Positions 47,592 to 60,330 are shown, numbered from the stretch's first letter. The stretch is 64,000 nucleotides of DNA from Vitrella brassicaformis CCMP3155 (GCA_001179505.1 CDMY01000770.1:203467-267466), one strand, 5' to 3'. The notes: generated by a model from the sequence alone, not told the origin. Program-made: numbers and translations.

Positions 47592-50500
47592 CTAAAGTTT
47601 GTAGGGAGACCGCAAAAGATTAAACTCAGTGTCTTCATCGCAGTTGCTGCAGACAGGCGCACACGACAAGAAAGAGTTGTTGCGAAGGGCCTGCTGCCCA
47701 TGTGTGCGTACATGAGGAGGTATTGGAGCCTCTGTTTCAGCTTCGGCGCGCGTCTCTGGACCTCCTCATAAAACTCCCGGGCTTTGCTGAATGGAATCAA
47801 TAAATCAACTGCTGGCTGGTGTCTCGCTGTCTGTTTCCTCTCTCCTTACCTGACGATGTTCCTGACAATGGGGAAGGGCTGTCCCATGTTCTTGGCGTCA
47901 AAATAGCAAATGGCGCGGACCATGGCAACGGAGAACATGCCTGCTCGTACAGGAACAAGAGCGGTCGTTGGATGCGGCGCATTACTCTGTCTTGTGCTTG
48001 AGATCCGTACCTGACACCGATCCTTCGTATGGAAGCTCCAGTGCTGCCTCATCGTGCCCCAGCCCCGCAGCCCAGAATATCTGTATCTCTGGAGCCGTGG
48101 ACAAGGTAGGCCCGATTGAAGGACTGGAACATGAGAAAAGAGACACGGATAAAAGATGCAGTGGACAAACACGGCTGCTCGCCTCACTTTGTGGCGACGT
48201 TCACAGGTCTGGGGACGAGGTCCATCTCCCTCGGCCTCGTCGCAACTTCCTGGCCTCGCGAATAATCCACAATAGGGCCGAGCCTCTCAAAGCCCTTGTG
48301 GATGAGATGTTGAGGTGAGACACCAGCCTTCGCTTTCGCTCGTGGCGCATCCGTGAGTATCACAGAATTGAACGGTGAGTGGCCGCAGTCGAGAAGGACG
48401 GTCACGCGCGCCTTCTGCTTGATAAGGCTGAGAACCTCGGCCAGATCCTGGAAAGTGATCACATTGTAGCCTGCGACAGAGGCAGGAAAGGTATAGCAGG
48501 AGACGCACATATTTCTACCCACCGCGGGACTGATGACGAGTGCCCGGCGAGCCCCTGCTCTCATCCCCCAGTCGTGATGCCGCCGGTGACGCAGTACCGC
48601 CATCCTTCCATCCCGCTAGCTGCGCATCCCTCCTGGTCATGGGTGTGTCTCCTGCATCCTCAAACTGCTGGTCCCAATCGCACGGCAGCAGACACCCCTG
48701 CAGAGTCGCCGTTCCGCCAATTTGTGGCGTGCGTGACGAGGCGGAGGCTGCCGCCGCAGCGCTGCGCACGGGCAGGAGAGCCCCGGCTCCCGCGAATATG
48801 AAGACAATGTTCTCGTCTGGCTCTGCGCTGCGGGCGAACTCCGTGAGGGTGGCGAGGATGTTGGTACGAGTGGCGAGCCGGCTCTTGATGCCCTCAAGGG
48901 GATTGAAGGACTCTGCACGACATGTGAATAGCATGTGTGTGTCATTTCTTGTATCTGCTTCAGCTGTCATTACCTGGCTCCTCGGCCTCCATGACGTAGC
49001 TGTCTCCGAACAGGGGGCTCCGTTCCTCCTTCTTCCAGTTAGCAGCGGTGTCGATGAGCGTCACCACCTCGCTTTGGACCCACCCGCAAGACAACAGGTA
49101 GTATGACCACACGATGGCGTCAACACAGGCCCCCCTCAGCTTCACACCGCCCCTCGATCGTTGATAGTTGCACCCGACGACGAGCGCCCTTCCTTTCTTC
49201 ATCCCTTTGGGCAGGCGGCTGGCCATGCCCTGCAGGAGGGCTCGCTGGAAGGTGGCGTTAATGTCGATGCGGGCAGGTGACGGGCCGGGGGTGGTGTGCG
49301 CTTCAGCTGGAGACTCCTGAGAGAGAGCATTCTGCAAGAAGAGGAGGATGTACGTGATACAAGGCGGCACTCTATGGCATTGTGTGTACCAGAGCATCCT
49401 CGACCGCTGCCTCGTCTTCCTTGAGCTTCTCAAAATCAGCCTCCGCCTCCGTCGAGCAAAGCTCCATATGTTGTGCGTTCTCGTGCTCCGTTTCGATGAG
49501 GCTGGTGGTAACGAGACACTGGATGTCGAAGTATTCGTGGCCCACAGACTGGAGTGCAACACCCAGACGCTGATATACCGAGGCACGGAGAAAACCGTAG
49601 GGAAGACCATCAAGACAAGGCAAGACAGACATCATCAAAGCAAACACATTTTGTTTACCTCAAGGTCGATTTGTTTCCCTGCTTGCAGTGCTTGCAGCTG
49701 TTCCTTGATGTCGCTGATGGTCTTTTTGCAATTCTCCATGCTCTTGACTGGGAGCTTGTCGGTGTGCTAACAGAGACACGGTACAGACGCTGCTTGGCTG
49801 GCGATTCACCAAAATCCGTGTGAGCCTTACCCTTTGCTGCATGGTCTTTCTCAGGTCCTCCTCTGCCTGCTGGCTCTCCAGTGTGAGATGCTTCTTCCAG
49901 CTCTCGACCCTCTCGTGAAAGGGGTTCCTGATCAGCCAACAACCAGCCGGTCGGCCCGTAGTATAATGTCTCCGCTCGTTTCAATTTGGCCCCTGACATA
50001 CCAGTAGTGGAAGAAGGATGTCTCTGCCTGCTTCAGAAGCCGCACATCATGGTCCGCCTCGACAGTTATGCCTCTGAGTGACTCGATCACACGCCGACAG
50101 CTTGATCGGATGTCGGTCTCATCAATCCTCTGCTGGCCACCGAGATTCGCGTCACACTTTGTCAGCAGCTCTTCAAGCTAAGAAAGGACAGGGCGAGGAG
50201 GATCACGCGTATTAGCTTGCTTGTCATTCTGCGCACCTTATCCTTCGCCTGGGCTTCTCTATGTGTCTCTGCTTGTGTCTCGCCCTTGATTCGGTTTTCT
50301 TCCACATTCAACTCCTCGAGCGCCTTGGCCTCCTGACAGCCAACAACGGCTGTACATGCATTGCTTCATCATTTCCTTTTACCGGGAGCTCACTTTGTCC
50401 TTCTTGCTTTTTAGTCTCTCCTCCAGCTGTCGAGAGGTCATGTCCAGATGGTGTTTCATAGTCAAGTGGGCCTGCTCCTCAGCAGCTTTCTTCTGACGCA

Positions 50501-53500
50501 TCTCGCTCAGGGCTCGCTCAAGCCGCTGACGACCAAAGCTGAAGGCAATGACCACAGAGACTACACGTTTTTCTCGTCGCTGAGAGGCATTGTCGTTCAC
50601 CGGATGTCTTGTGTCTTTCTTTCTGTCTCCTGTATGCCCCTCTGTACGGCCAGCATTTCATCCCTGAGACGGGATTCGTGCGCAGCAAGCGCAGTGGTCT
50701 CCTCGTCAGTCTGCAGCCAATCGTACAGAGGGCACTTCCCGCAATCTCTTGTCGCATTTCACCTTCTTGCTGGCCTCTTCGAGTTGTGTGGAGAGCTCGG
50801 CACCCGCTTCCTGTGCGTGTCGGAGACCCACATTGTCGTGCCAGTGAAAGGATTTCACACTCTGACCTCTTTGCGCTTGATGTCTTCCTTTGCTTGCTGC
50901 AGTGCCTGCTGGGCTGCCTGTATGTTGGCCTCAATGGCCGCCGTCTCGTCACTCATCCTCTCGATCTCCTGCTGTAGTCGGGCCTCCTGTGCGCTGTCCG
51001 CCTGATCCGACACCTGGGACTCCTGCCGACACTGACAGGAATCAGCAGATGACACATCCTTCTTTGGACGTCGGCATCAGTCTCTCTTACTTGATCGATG
51101 AGAGTCTGCAGTTGCTGCACACGTTCCTCCATTGATGCGATCTCGTCTTCCTGGGTCTTGACTTCCCTCTGCATGGACGAGACGTCGGCTCTGTGCTGCT
51201 CGAGCTGCTTCTCAAGGGTCTGTGCCGCGTCCTGCTCCTCCTGAAATTATGAGAGGCACGATCCGTGTGCAGACTGTAATAACACGTCGCTGTTTCACCT
51301 TGACGTGGCCTCGTCTTTCATCGAGCATCTGTCGAAAGTCGTTCTGTTGCTTCTCACGGTCATACAGAGCCTTTCTTTCCCTAGCAAAGGCCCTGAATAA
51401 ACACGCATCCAAAACATCCTGAGGGTCGCCAACCAGACAGGGCGTGTGCAATTGGCGTACTCTTCCATTTGTTGAATGGCCTGTTGCAGCTGGGCCGCCT
51501 CCTGGATGGCTCAAAAAAGCTGTTTATCATACGCCAGAAGACGCGGATGTCACATCAGTGCGTCTCACCTGCTCGCAACTGGCTTGCCGCTGCTGTGAAG
51601 TCGACTGCGTGGCAGCAATCTGGACCACAATCGTACACTCCATTAATTGCTTTGTGTCTCACATCTTTCGTACTTTCTGGTCAGATTCTGACGCCCGTTG
51701 GGCCAGCAACGCAATGCGATCACGCAACTCCTGCACACACGTGTACACCGCATACACTCAATCCCTCAATCGGCGGCATTGGACATTTCACTCACCGCAA
51801 CTTGCTTTTCGTGCAGCGCTCGCGCTTGCTGCTGCTCTTTGACCTCAGATTCACGATGCTGAACAGGGAGACATTAAAGGGACGCAGTGAAGGAGCAAGC
51901 TGGCCGACGGTCTCGGTGCAGTGTGCGCTGTGCTGACCCTGATGTTTGACTGTGTCTGCTCCAGCTCTGCGAGCAACGCTTGCTGGTCGTTCCGGACGAG
52001 AGCAGCCTGATGAATAGAGACACAGCAGCAATCCAAATAGGGTAGAAATGTTTCTGCTCTGCTCACCTCCTCCTCTTGTTTCTTGGCTTGTTCCTCCAGC
52101 AGTTGGGCCTCTCGGTTCCTCTCATCCAGTGCCTGTGTGGTGCGGCTGAGCTCCTGCTCGATCTCCTGGAACCTGCTGCCATCCTCCAGCTGGGCCGACA
52201 TGTCCTTGATGGACTGCTCGAGGGACGACTGCTCCTCCTGCCGGCTCCTCAGCTGCAGCTGGAGGGCCGTTGTGCTGCGCTGATGGTCGTCCCACTGCTG
52301 TTGTCTGTAACGCATGTCTACAAGGAGAGAAGAAGACGGGGAGACACTCTGATGTGTGTCAGTTGAGGCATATCCCACCCATGTGCTGACCGCGGTTGGT
52401 GTCTTCCAATTCTCTTGACTTCTCTTCTTCTTCCTTCTGCACACTGGTTGCCCTCTGCTGAGTATCTGCTATCTCCTCTTGGATGGTCTGCAGCTTCTGA
52501 CGCGTCGACTGCACACCGCAATCAGGTAAATCACAGACAGGTGCATTTCTTGTCTGTTGTGTGTCTCTAACCAGAAGCTGGATCCTATTGGTGGCGGCTG
52601 TGTGTTTGAGGCTGCTGGTCGACTGCCCCAGCTCGTCTTCCTTCTGCTTTCGCTGGTTGTCGAGCTCAGCCATCTTTCTGCACGCACCCACACGCCCTGT
52701 ACGTGATCACTGCTAGAGGATAGAACAAAACGAGTACAGTACCTCTGCGTCGCTGCGATGGACTTTTTTATTTCTTCGCATGCTACCCTTGAATCGTTGT
52801 ACTGCCTCTCAGCCTGCAGCGACACAAGTACCACCAGCAGACCTATGTCAACCTGGGGTCTGCAATGTGCCCACCTCGTCCAGCTGTTCATGCAGCTCGT
52901 CTGCCTCGATTGTCTGCGCGTGGCGGGCCTCGGCATAGCGCACCTCTCCCTCGAGTGTTTGGACCTCGGCCTCAAGCTCACCCAGTTGCTGGTTTCAAAC
53001 ATGTGTGAAGAGAAAATTGTGTGCCTGCCTTCATTTTCCCGTGTCATTGGTGTCCGCTGACTTGATCTTCGTCATCCTCTTCCTTGCGGAGCACGTCAAG
53101 CCGCATCCTGTGGGGAAGCATAGCATGCATCGACGCACACATTTTGTCACGTGCCACCCATGTGCGTGATCCTCACACGACGTTTTGCGCCTTGTCGACG
53201 TTCGGGTCAGCACCCAAGGCGGTAGACGACCGAGACACATCCAGATCTGCACATACAGCATCCAGGGGAGGGAGAGGTCTCATGAAATGACTTCTGAGCC
53301 TGTCATTTCCATTTGCTGACTTGCAATCGCATTCCCGTCTTTGTCCACCTTCATCCACTTGCCGCTCGAACGACCAAGCTGACACACCAGGAAAAAAGGG
53401 GGAAGATAAACGCCGGGAACCACCAATGTCAGGCGCGTGTGTGGACTCACCTCCGTACTGGATTTTGAGACGCCCATAGCGAGCGACTGAATCTCACGGA

Positions 53501-54063
53501 AGATTTTCTAAAATGCAGAAAGCAGGCAGAGGAGGATAAACAGGGTAGCGGTCGATGGAGTGTCCCTCCGTCAGTAGTTTGCCTCTGTGCGCTGTTTGTC
53601 GTCTCGAACGCGCGTCAGCTTCCGCGCCAGCTGAATGCTCTCGCTGGAAATCAGCAAACAAAAAGAACCGGTACCGATACCAATATGATGCCATCGATAT
53701 GAGTGTCATCATGCCCTGTACGCGGATGCGTTTTCCATCTTTTCGAGGTTCGATGCTCGAGTCTTGTCCAGTGCTGTCGCCTCGGCGCGAAGCTCCTCCA
53801 CCTGAGGTGGACACACGACAACCGGGCCATTCGGCACATGTGAAAGATATCCGACTTCACGAGCACCTGTCGGTAGATTTCCATCGGGTCCTCCGACGTC
53901 AGGTCCTCGGTATCTGAAGACAGATACGAGGACACACCTATGGCGTGATGACAAATAAGTGGCCTCATACGTTGAACGCCTGACCAGCAGATGAAGGCCC
54001 AGCGCTCAGTGGCGGAGACACGGGGGCATACATGCCGCCGGTGGGCGGCCGAAGCGGCTCCAT
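47592..54063 (-). CDS. Long coiled-coil protein with a C-terminal metacaspase (peptidase C14B) domain lacking the catalytic His and Cys; many exons
   Basis: GRALVVGCNYQ...LRGACVDA, ATRTNILATL...DENIVFIFAGAG, CLLPCDW, RVTVLLDCGHS and GMFSVAMVRAI are collinear with metacaspase motifs. Upstream exons (about 49400-53800) are heptad-rich in E/Q/K/L. The 5' end is tentative (MEPLRPP at 54063). Confidence 0.75.
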
Positions 54064-54081
54064 ACTGAAGAAACAATGCCA

Positions 54082-54903
54082 TCATATAGATGTGTGTGTA
54101 CAGATAGCCCTTCCATGTCTCCTCACATCAGCTGACCTCCGTCTTTCGGTGCGATCAAATGTGTCCCTCATCGAGGCAACCGATGGAGGCCTCTCCTCAG
54201 CCCGCACGACCGCGACCTCACCCTGCCTTCCAATTGACACCCTCTCTGCCCTCGGGGGGCGGCCATGCGTGAAGCGCTGGCTCTGCAAGAGCGGGTCGGC
54301 TGGCACTGGCGCTGGTGCAGGGACGTGGACAGGCCGTGTTCCAGTACGCTTGAGGATCATGTGCAAACACGGAGCCTGCAACAAGAACGTACACACTCCA
54401 TGCATTGATTGCATGGCTGGCCATCTTTCGAGTACCGCCATGTTAGCCTGGTCAGTGTCGAAGCAATTGACGAAGCGCATGGGTGCGTTGAGGCTGCCTG
54501 CCAACTCACGCGGCTGATAGAGGTTGATCCAGTTGTGCAACTCGACGTCATCATGGGCGTCCAGGTTGTGCAGGGGCACATTGCGGCAGTACAGCAGCGG
54601 TGCTCTGAAGCGCTGCCTCTCGGCGGGCGTCAGGAGAACAGGTCCTGCAATGGGACGACTGAGGTCGGCCAAACACGCCTTGCTATAGACGCCGATTCGG
54701 AGGTACTGCCCCTCCTCTCGTCTGTCAGGGACGATGGCGAAGAACCCTCGCGGGAGTTGGAATATGGCGATGTTTGGGAAGATGACCAGGGAGGGGCAGA
54801 GGATGGCCTGGTCCAAGACATCGAGGCGGAGGCACAAACTGTGGGGGTTTGTGAAGTGGACCTGGTTGTTCACCGTAATCGTCACGGAAGCACTGGCATC
54901 CAT
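54082..54903 (-). CDS. Hypothetical 273-aa ORF; may splice into the downstream coiled-coil/metacaspase gene
   Basis: Long ORF with globular composition. An intron-like stretch gtgagg...cttcag (about 54065-54130) overlaps its end. Confidence 0.55.
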   Translation of the reverse strand: MDASASVTITVNNQVHFTNPHSLCLRLDVLDQAILCPSLVIFPNIAIFQLPRGFFAIVPDRREEGQYLRIGVYSKACLADLSRPIAGPVLLTPAERQRFRAPLLYCRNVPLHNLDAHDDVELHNWINLYQPRELAGSLNAPMRFVNCFDTDQANMAVLERWPAMQSMHGVCTFLLQAPCLHMILKRTGTRPVHVPAPAPVPADPLLQSQRFTHGRPPRAERVSIGRQGEVAVVRAEERPPSVASMRDTFDRTERRRSADVRRHGRAICTHTSI

Positions 54904-55229
54904 TTTCCTTCTTGGTGGGGGCTTGTGGGGGCGGCATGCAGTCCCTCGGCGTCTGGGCCGACGGAAGATCTCCCGCCATTACTTACGCCACGGCCTCAAA
55001 AACCCACAGCAAACTCTTTCACCTCGGCATTCAGGCACACAAACGTGAAAACACAAAAAGAGTCACAGATAAAGGCGCAGGAACGACAAATATCACTGCA
55101 TGAATGCTACATTACGGAGTGCTCTGCCTATCGTCACGTAGTACTCGCCGCGCACACAGACTGTAGTAGCCACTAAGCTACCAACAGCAATTCGCGGCCA
55201 CTGACATGCATCCACGAAAAATACAGCCT

Positions 55230-58177
55230 CTACAGTGTCGAATACAACGTCATTGCTAGTGTTCTAGTGCGCCACTGCTTCGATGACACGACGAAATGCC
55301 CGATTCTTGCGCCGTCAGGCACTCTGGCTTGGACGGAAGCTGCCACTGTTGAGGGCTCCACACGCAGCTCCATACCATGCAGCCCTCTACCTCGACCGGT
55401 CATGTGCTGGATACGGTATGAGAGGCCGGTGAGGATGTAGCCGCCAGCGTCCTCAACAGTATCAGGTACTGAAGGCATACACACAAAAAGACGGACGCAC
55501 ACACATCACGAGGACCAACAGAAGGTATGTCTATCTTGCTCACCCTTCGTAGTGAAACTCAAGACGCTGGCACCTGTCACGGCGAGTATCGCCGGGAAGC
55601 TGGCAGCGGACTGAGCGAGCTGTGTGAGATCGACCGCCTCCCCCATATACACATTCTCCACCTGCCTCTCCCTCCCCAAAGCCCCCAACACAGCCACCGC
55701 CTCAGCACCCGGAACAGAGAGGATGTCCATACGACGAACGCGACTTGGCATCTTGTCGGCCAGCAGTCGGCCCGCAGCACCACCCAATTTGCTCGAGACT
55801 CTCAGCTCTCTGGCTTTTGGGAACGGCAGCAGGTGAGCGATGACGAAGGGGACGGGTGACGCGCTGACGGCTGGGGCCGTGAAGTCACGAGCATCTTTGA
55901 CCAACACCCTGTTGGCGTTGTCGAATGAGAGTGTCTTGGCGACTCCGACGGCTGCCTGGCTGGGGTCATCGATGGGGTGCGTGAGGTCGTTGTCTGTGAA
56001 TATATACGACAGGCATTTCGGCTGTCGTGCCAGCGACTGGATGGCGGTCTTGAAGAGAGGTGAGGGGTGGTCGGAAAGTCGTCGCTGTAGAAGAGGGACA
56101 GGTCGAATGTGTCGTCATCGTTGGGCCCTGGGTAGGGGTCTCCCTCTTCCCACCCGAACGTGCCGAAAACTCGGTTGAAAGTCACCGGTGCGTCAGGCCG
56201 GCAGCACGCCGCAACCAGGGGCTCGAGAGCGTTAAGGAGGGGCAAGAGGGCACGGTCGACCGGCTGATGCGAGGGCACTTCCACACGGAGACTCGTGATT
56301 GACTGGCGACAGCCACGCGACACAAGGGCAACCTGAAGAGACGACAAGGCAGACACATCAACCGGTTATCTCACTAAGCTAGCCGCACTTTCCTGTATGT
56401 CACACCTGAAGCCGGCCCAGTGCTGTCACGGTCTGCGCCGGCTTGAGGTGTCATGGCGGGAATCCCGATTGAGGATCATTGATTGTCTCAATGGGCCTTA
56501 TCCAGTGGCCACTATCAATCAAAAAGAGGGAGGATCTGCGACCTCATGTCGCTTCAGGTCACACAAGCAGAGCACAGCTCTCGCGTCAGCTAGGAGACTG
56601 GACACGCACCGGAAGCTAATGGTAGGTGATGGAAGCTGACATCAGGCACAATGGGTTTGAGCACATTCGTGTTGCTGTGTGTTTGGTCATCAGGAGGGGA
56701 CTCACTACCTGTTCAGGAAGTGAGCACATTCAGACCAGCACACCGACAGACGGTCACTCGACATCGATATTGGGTCCGACAAACAGACATCAACACAGAC
56801 AGAAAGACAACAAAGCCCCGCCATGTTACGTGGTACATGTTGAGTGGCATCGCATCAAAGTGCCTTCGTTCCAACGAGCGTCCGATCCATCCATCCATCA
56901 ACAATCCATCCATCCATCAGCCCACTCTCACTCTCTCAAGCTAGCTGTACAACCAGGCGTCCCCTCCCCCAGTCAGTCAGCGTTGTGCCGGCTGCGTGGC
57001 GATGCGCTCCGCTGCGGCATCAGGGGAGGGGGAGGGATGGGGATGGCGATCGGGGTGGGGGCCGGCTGGGTGTTCATGGGGAGGGTGCTGGTGGTGGTGG
57101 TGGCTGCTGGGGCAGAGGCAGGGGCGTGGGGATACGTCCCAGCTGGCCGGACTCGTTGATACCACAAGGCCCATTGAGATCGATAGTCCCGATGGCCTCC
57201 AGGTGCCGCAGTGGCCCCGGCTGCCCGGGATCCGGCGTAGGCATCCGCTCAAACACATCCTCCACCCACCATTCAGCCCGCAAACACCAGTCGATGCGCC
57301 GCACAGAATGGGAAGAATCGATGAGCTGTCCGAGCTTTGCGGCACCATACCCCATGCTGACGTCCTCTTCAAGCGTCACCTCCTCCAGCGACGGCATCAA
57401 CCACCCTCGGCCACCGAGATCGAAATGGAACTCAGACAGGCCCTTGATAGCTGTGAGTGCGGAGAGGGTCGGGGGAGGGTCGACAAGCGGCGGACGAGCC
57501 GGATGTTCCCGTCCGAAGGTCCCAGACTCATTGCTACGCCAGCCGTGTTTCTCAATTGTGATGGTCCTCAACGTTCCTCCATCCATGTTGGCAGCCCGCC
57601 GCCCGGCGACGTGGCTCTCTACTACGGTAAGGAAAACGTCAAAGCACCAGAGAGGAATGGCCGAGGGATGGCAGAAAGTGATGCTGATCAGCTGCGTGAG
57701 GGATGTTGCTATCTGCTGTACGAGGGCGAGAGGGATTCGTTGCCAAAGCGAGCGCTCTCCCCTCAGCCGTGCGCTGATAGACAAGTGATGGTAATTGGGG
57801 GCCGCCAGGACCCAAGTTTCTCGCGACAGCCACAGCAGTAGATGGAGTGGGAGGAAGGCCATAATGCGGCCAAGGAGTCCAGGCTGCAAATGTACAGACA
57901 GCGACACGCCGGCTTGTCCGTCCCATCCCAACACCTGTGATTTGCCACTGTTTTGCTTACCTCATCGCTGATTTGCCGTCGAAGGTCCCGCTCCCTTTCC
58001 TCGCGTCGCTGCCGTTCCTCCTCACTCTCACCACCCGATGGCGCAGCTGTGCCAGGAGCGGCGCGGCGCCTTCTTTTGGTCTGAAACAGAAACACAACAG
58101 ACACACTCACCGATGTCAAAAACTTCGACAGCGATGCCTTGACTCACCCGGCGAGAAGCGCTGCGGGCGGACGACAT
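55230..58177 (-). pseudogene. Lineage-specific family member, copy 3; 1-bp deletion near 56069 and about 800 bp of foreign sequence at 56333-57136
   Basis: ORFs 57074-57934, 55802-56356, 55506-55907 and 55230-55502 align with copy 1 (PGLLxxxMAxLPLHLL, ERSLWQRxP, MxGGTLxTITIE), but the frame and one splice donor are broken. The start is approximate. Confidence 0.7.
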
Positions 58178-58429
58178 TGGATGAGTGACACATGGTGGTG
58201 TGTCCATCTGATTGGCTGTGTGTTGCGTTTGATGGAGAGTTGCCGGCCGGATCGTCAAGCACGACAGTGAAGGGTAGCTGATGGATCCATGGACAGCCTG
58301 GGCTTCAACTATCCTTTCATTTTGTCGTTCTTCTCTTTTGTCGTTAGGGCACATTGGAAAACGGAAAGCAAAGTTCAGTGAGCGGACCGAAGGATATGGA
58401 GTGACGGGGAGCCTGGACGATATCAGTCG

Positions 58430-60054
58430 ATGACGGAAACCCTTCCACCTCGGCACGTGTTTATCCACTCGTCTTCGCGTGGTGTGACCAACCCTCGGCT
58501 GAAGGCGCTGAAGCGAGGCAACCTGCGAGGACCCTCAGACACCGGTCTATCCCGCAATGCGAGACGACATGAGGTGGCGCACACAAACGCCTCACTCGCA
58601 GCCGCCGTTTCCCTTCTTCTCCGGCCGAAGACGAAGGCCAAGCAGGAGGGAGGAGGAGGGCGGCACACTGTGGCTCGAGAGGTCTCTGACCCGGCAACGC
58701 TGACCACAGATCTGGTTCCTGCGGGGGAGACCAAGAGCGGGGAGGCACATCCCAACAACCCGGCAGACGATGCTAACCCTGGCGTCAGCTCATCTATGGG
58801 TGCTGGCGTCAGCTCGTCAGTGGGCACGACGCGAATGGGCAGCGAGACCTCCACCCTCTCGGTCGATCAGCACGGGCAGTCTGACGGCAAGAGCTCATCG
58901 ATCTCGTTGTCACGTGGCGACTCACCGGCCGATGATGAGGACGTGCCACCGCCCCCGCCCTCGCCCGAAGGCCTCAAAGAGGCCTGTGAGCACCCAGAGG
59001 CGACCACTTCCCCCCCTTCTCCGCCGCCCAAGCAAGACGAGGGCGCCAGCGAGGTGCAGACGACGGTTGGTGGGGATGTGTCCCGAGGGGTGACGGGCAG
59101 CTCGGGTCCCGGCCACAGCTCACCGACCGCGGCCGTCAAGCCGCCTGAGATCACAGACAATTTGCTGACGCTGCTGAACCTGCAGCAGAGCTCCAGCTCG
59201 GCATCGTCGTACGACAACCCCCCGGCCACCATGGCAACGGCCAACTCCCCGCCCGCTCTCGCCAATCGCCGCGTGCTGCGCCGCCACCCACCCGCCAGCA
59301 GCGACTCGCTGGCGTCCTCTTCACACGCCGCAGCTGGCGCGCCGCCGAGCAAGCGATGGCGATGTGTCAAGTGGCGGCCGTTCGGCAGATGGAGGACTCG
59401 GAGCAGTTCCAACACCACACAGACGGCCTCGACGGCACGCTCAGTGGAGAGGGACGACGTCCGCTTCGACGAGAGCGCCGCTGACTACGCGCGTCGCATG
59501 AGTGGCGACGGTGGGCCGGCCGTGCTGCGTCGCGACGACAGCCGGGAGATGGATGACCAGGCGTGTGGGTGTGGGCCGGGGGCGGGGTCGATGTTGTGCT
59601 CTATCGCCACGGGTGAGTGAGCAGAGAGACTGGTGGGGTCGGTGGGCGGGCGCTGCTGCATCGTGATGCATCCGTCGTGTGTGTTTGTCTCTTGTGTTGT
59701 GCAGTTGCGTGTTGCTTCGGCGCTGTCATGCTGGGGTGTCTGGCCATGATGATGGGCATGGACAGCGGCGGTGAAGACGGATTCGACATCTCTGGTGAGC
59801 CCTACCACCGAACACTCTCACACCCACCACACCTATGACCTTGTCTGCCCCTTGGCGCCTTGATTGATGCAGGTGGTGGCGGCGATGACGGTGGTGCTGG
59901 TGCGATGGATGGGCTCGCGCTCGATGCGTACCCCGCCGACAATGTGCCACAGGATGCTCTGCAGAACCAGGACATCCCTGTGGACGCGCTGAGGCCCGGC
60001 AGCAACTGGATGAGGGGCACTGATGTCGCCGCAGTCCTAGACAGGGACCTGTGA
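58430..60054 (+). CDS. Disordered Ser/Pro-rich protein with a C-terminal Cys-rich hydrophobic segment; about 3 exons
   Basis: 396-aa ORF splices at gtgagt/gcag and gtgagc/gcag to CSIATVACCFGAVMLGCLAMMMGMD...AVLDRDL*. The start is uncertain. Confidence 0.55.
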
Positions 60055-60330
60055 GCGACCTACTTCTGAGGTGGATCAAGTGATTTGTACCGAGTCATAG
60101 GGAGGGGGGCGGGGACGGGGGAGGGTGTGTGTACTGTTTTCGTGGTGGTGGTGGTTTTGATGGCTGACGTGACGAGTCACCACAATGGGAGGGCGGGAGA
60201 GGGAGGGAGGGGGGCATCGCGTCGCTTTCACTGCCTTGGTTGAGCTCACGCCGCTCTCTGTGTTTCTTCCTTCCTCGCTTGATTCCTTTCTCCCTCCTGT
60301 CTGTGCACATACACTGATGTGCGCTTTCCT

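Noticed and set aside
53451-53477. MGVSKS as an N-myristoylated start of the pseudo-metacaspase
   Set aside because: An acceptor (ttttag) 30 nt upstream gives the in-frame sequence KIFREIQSLAMGVSKS, and further coiled-coil exons lie upstream, so the Met is probably internal.
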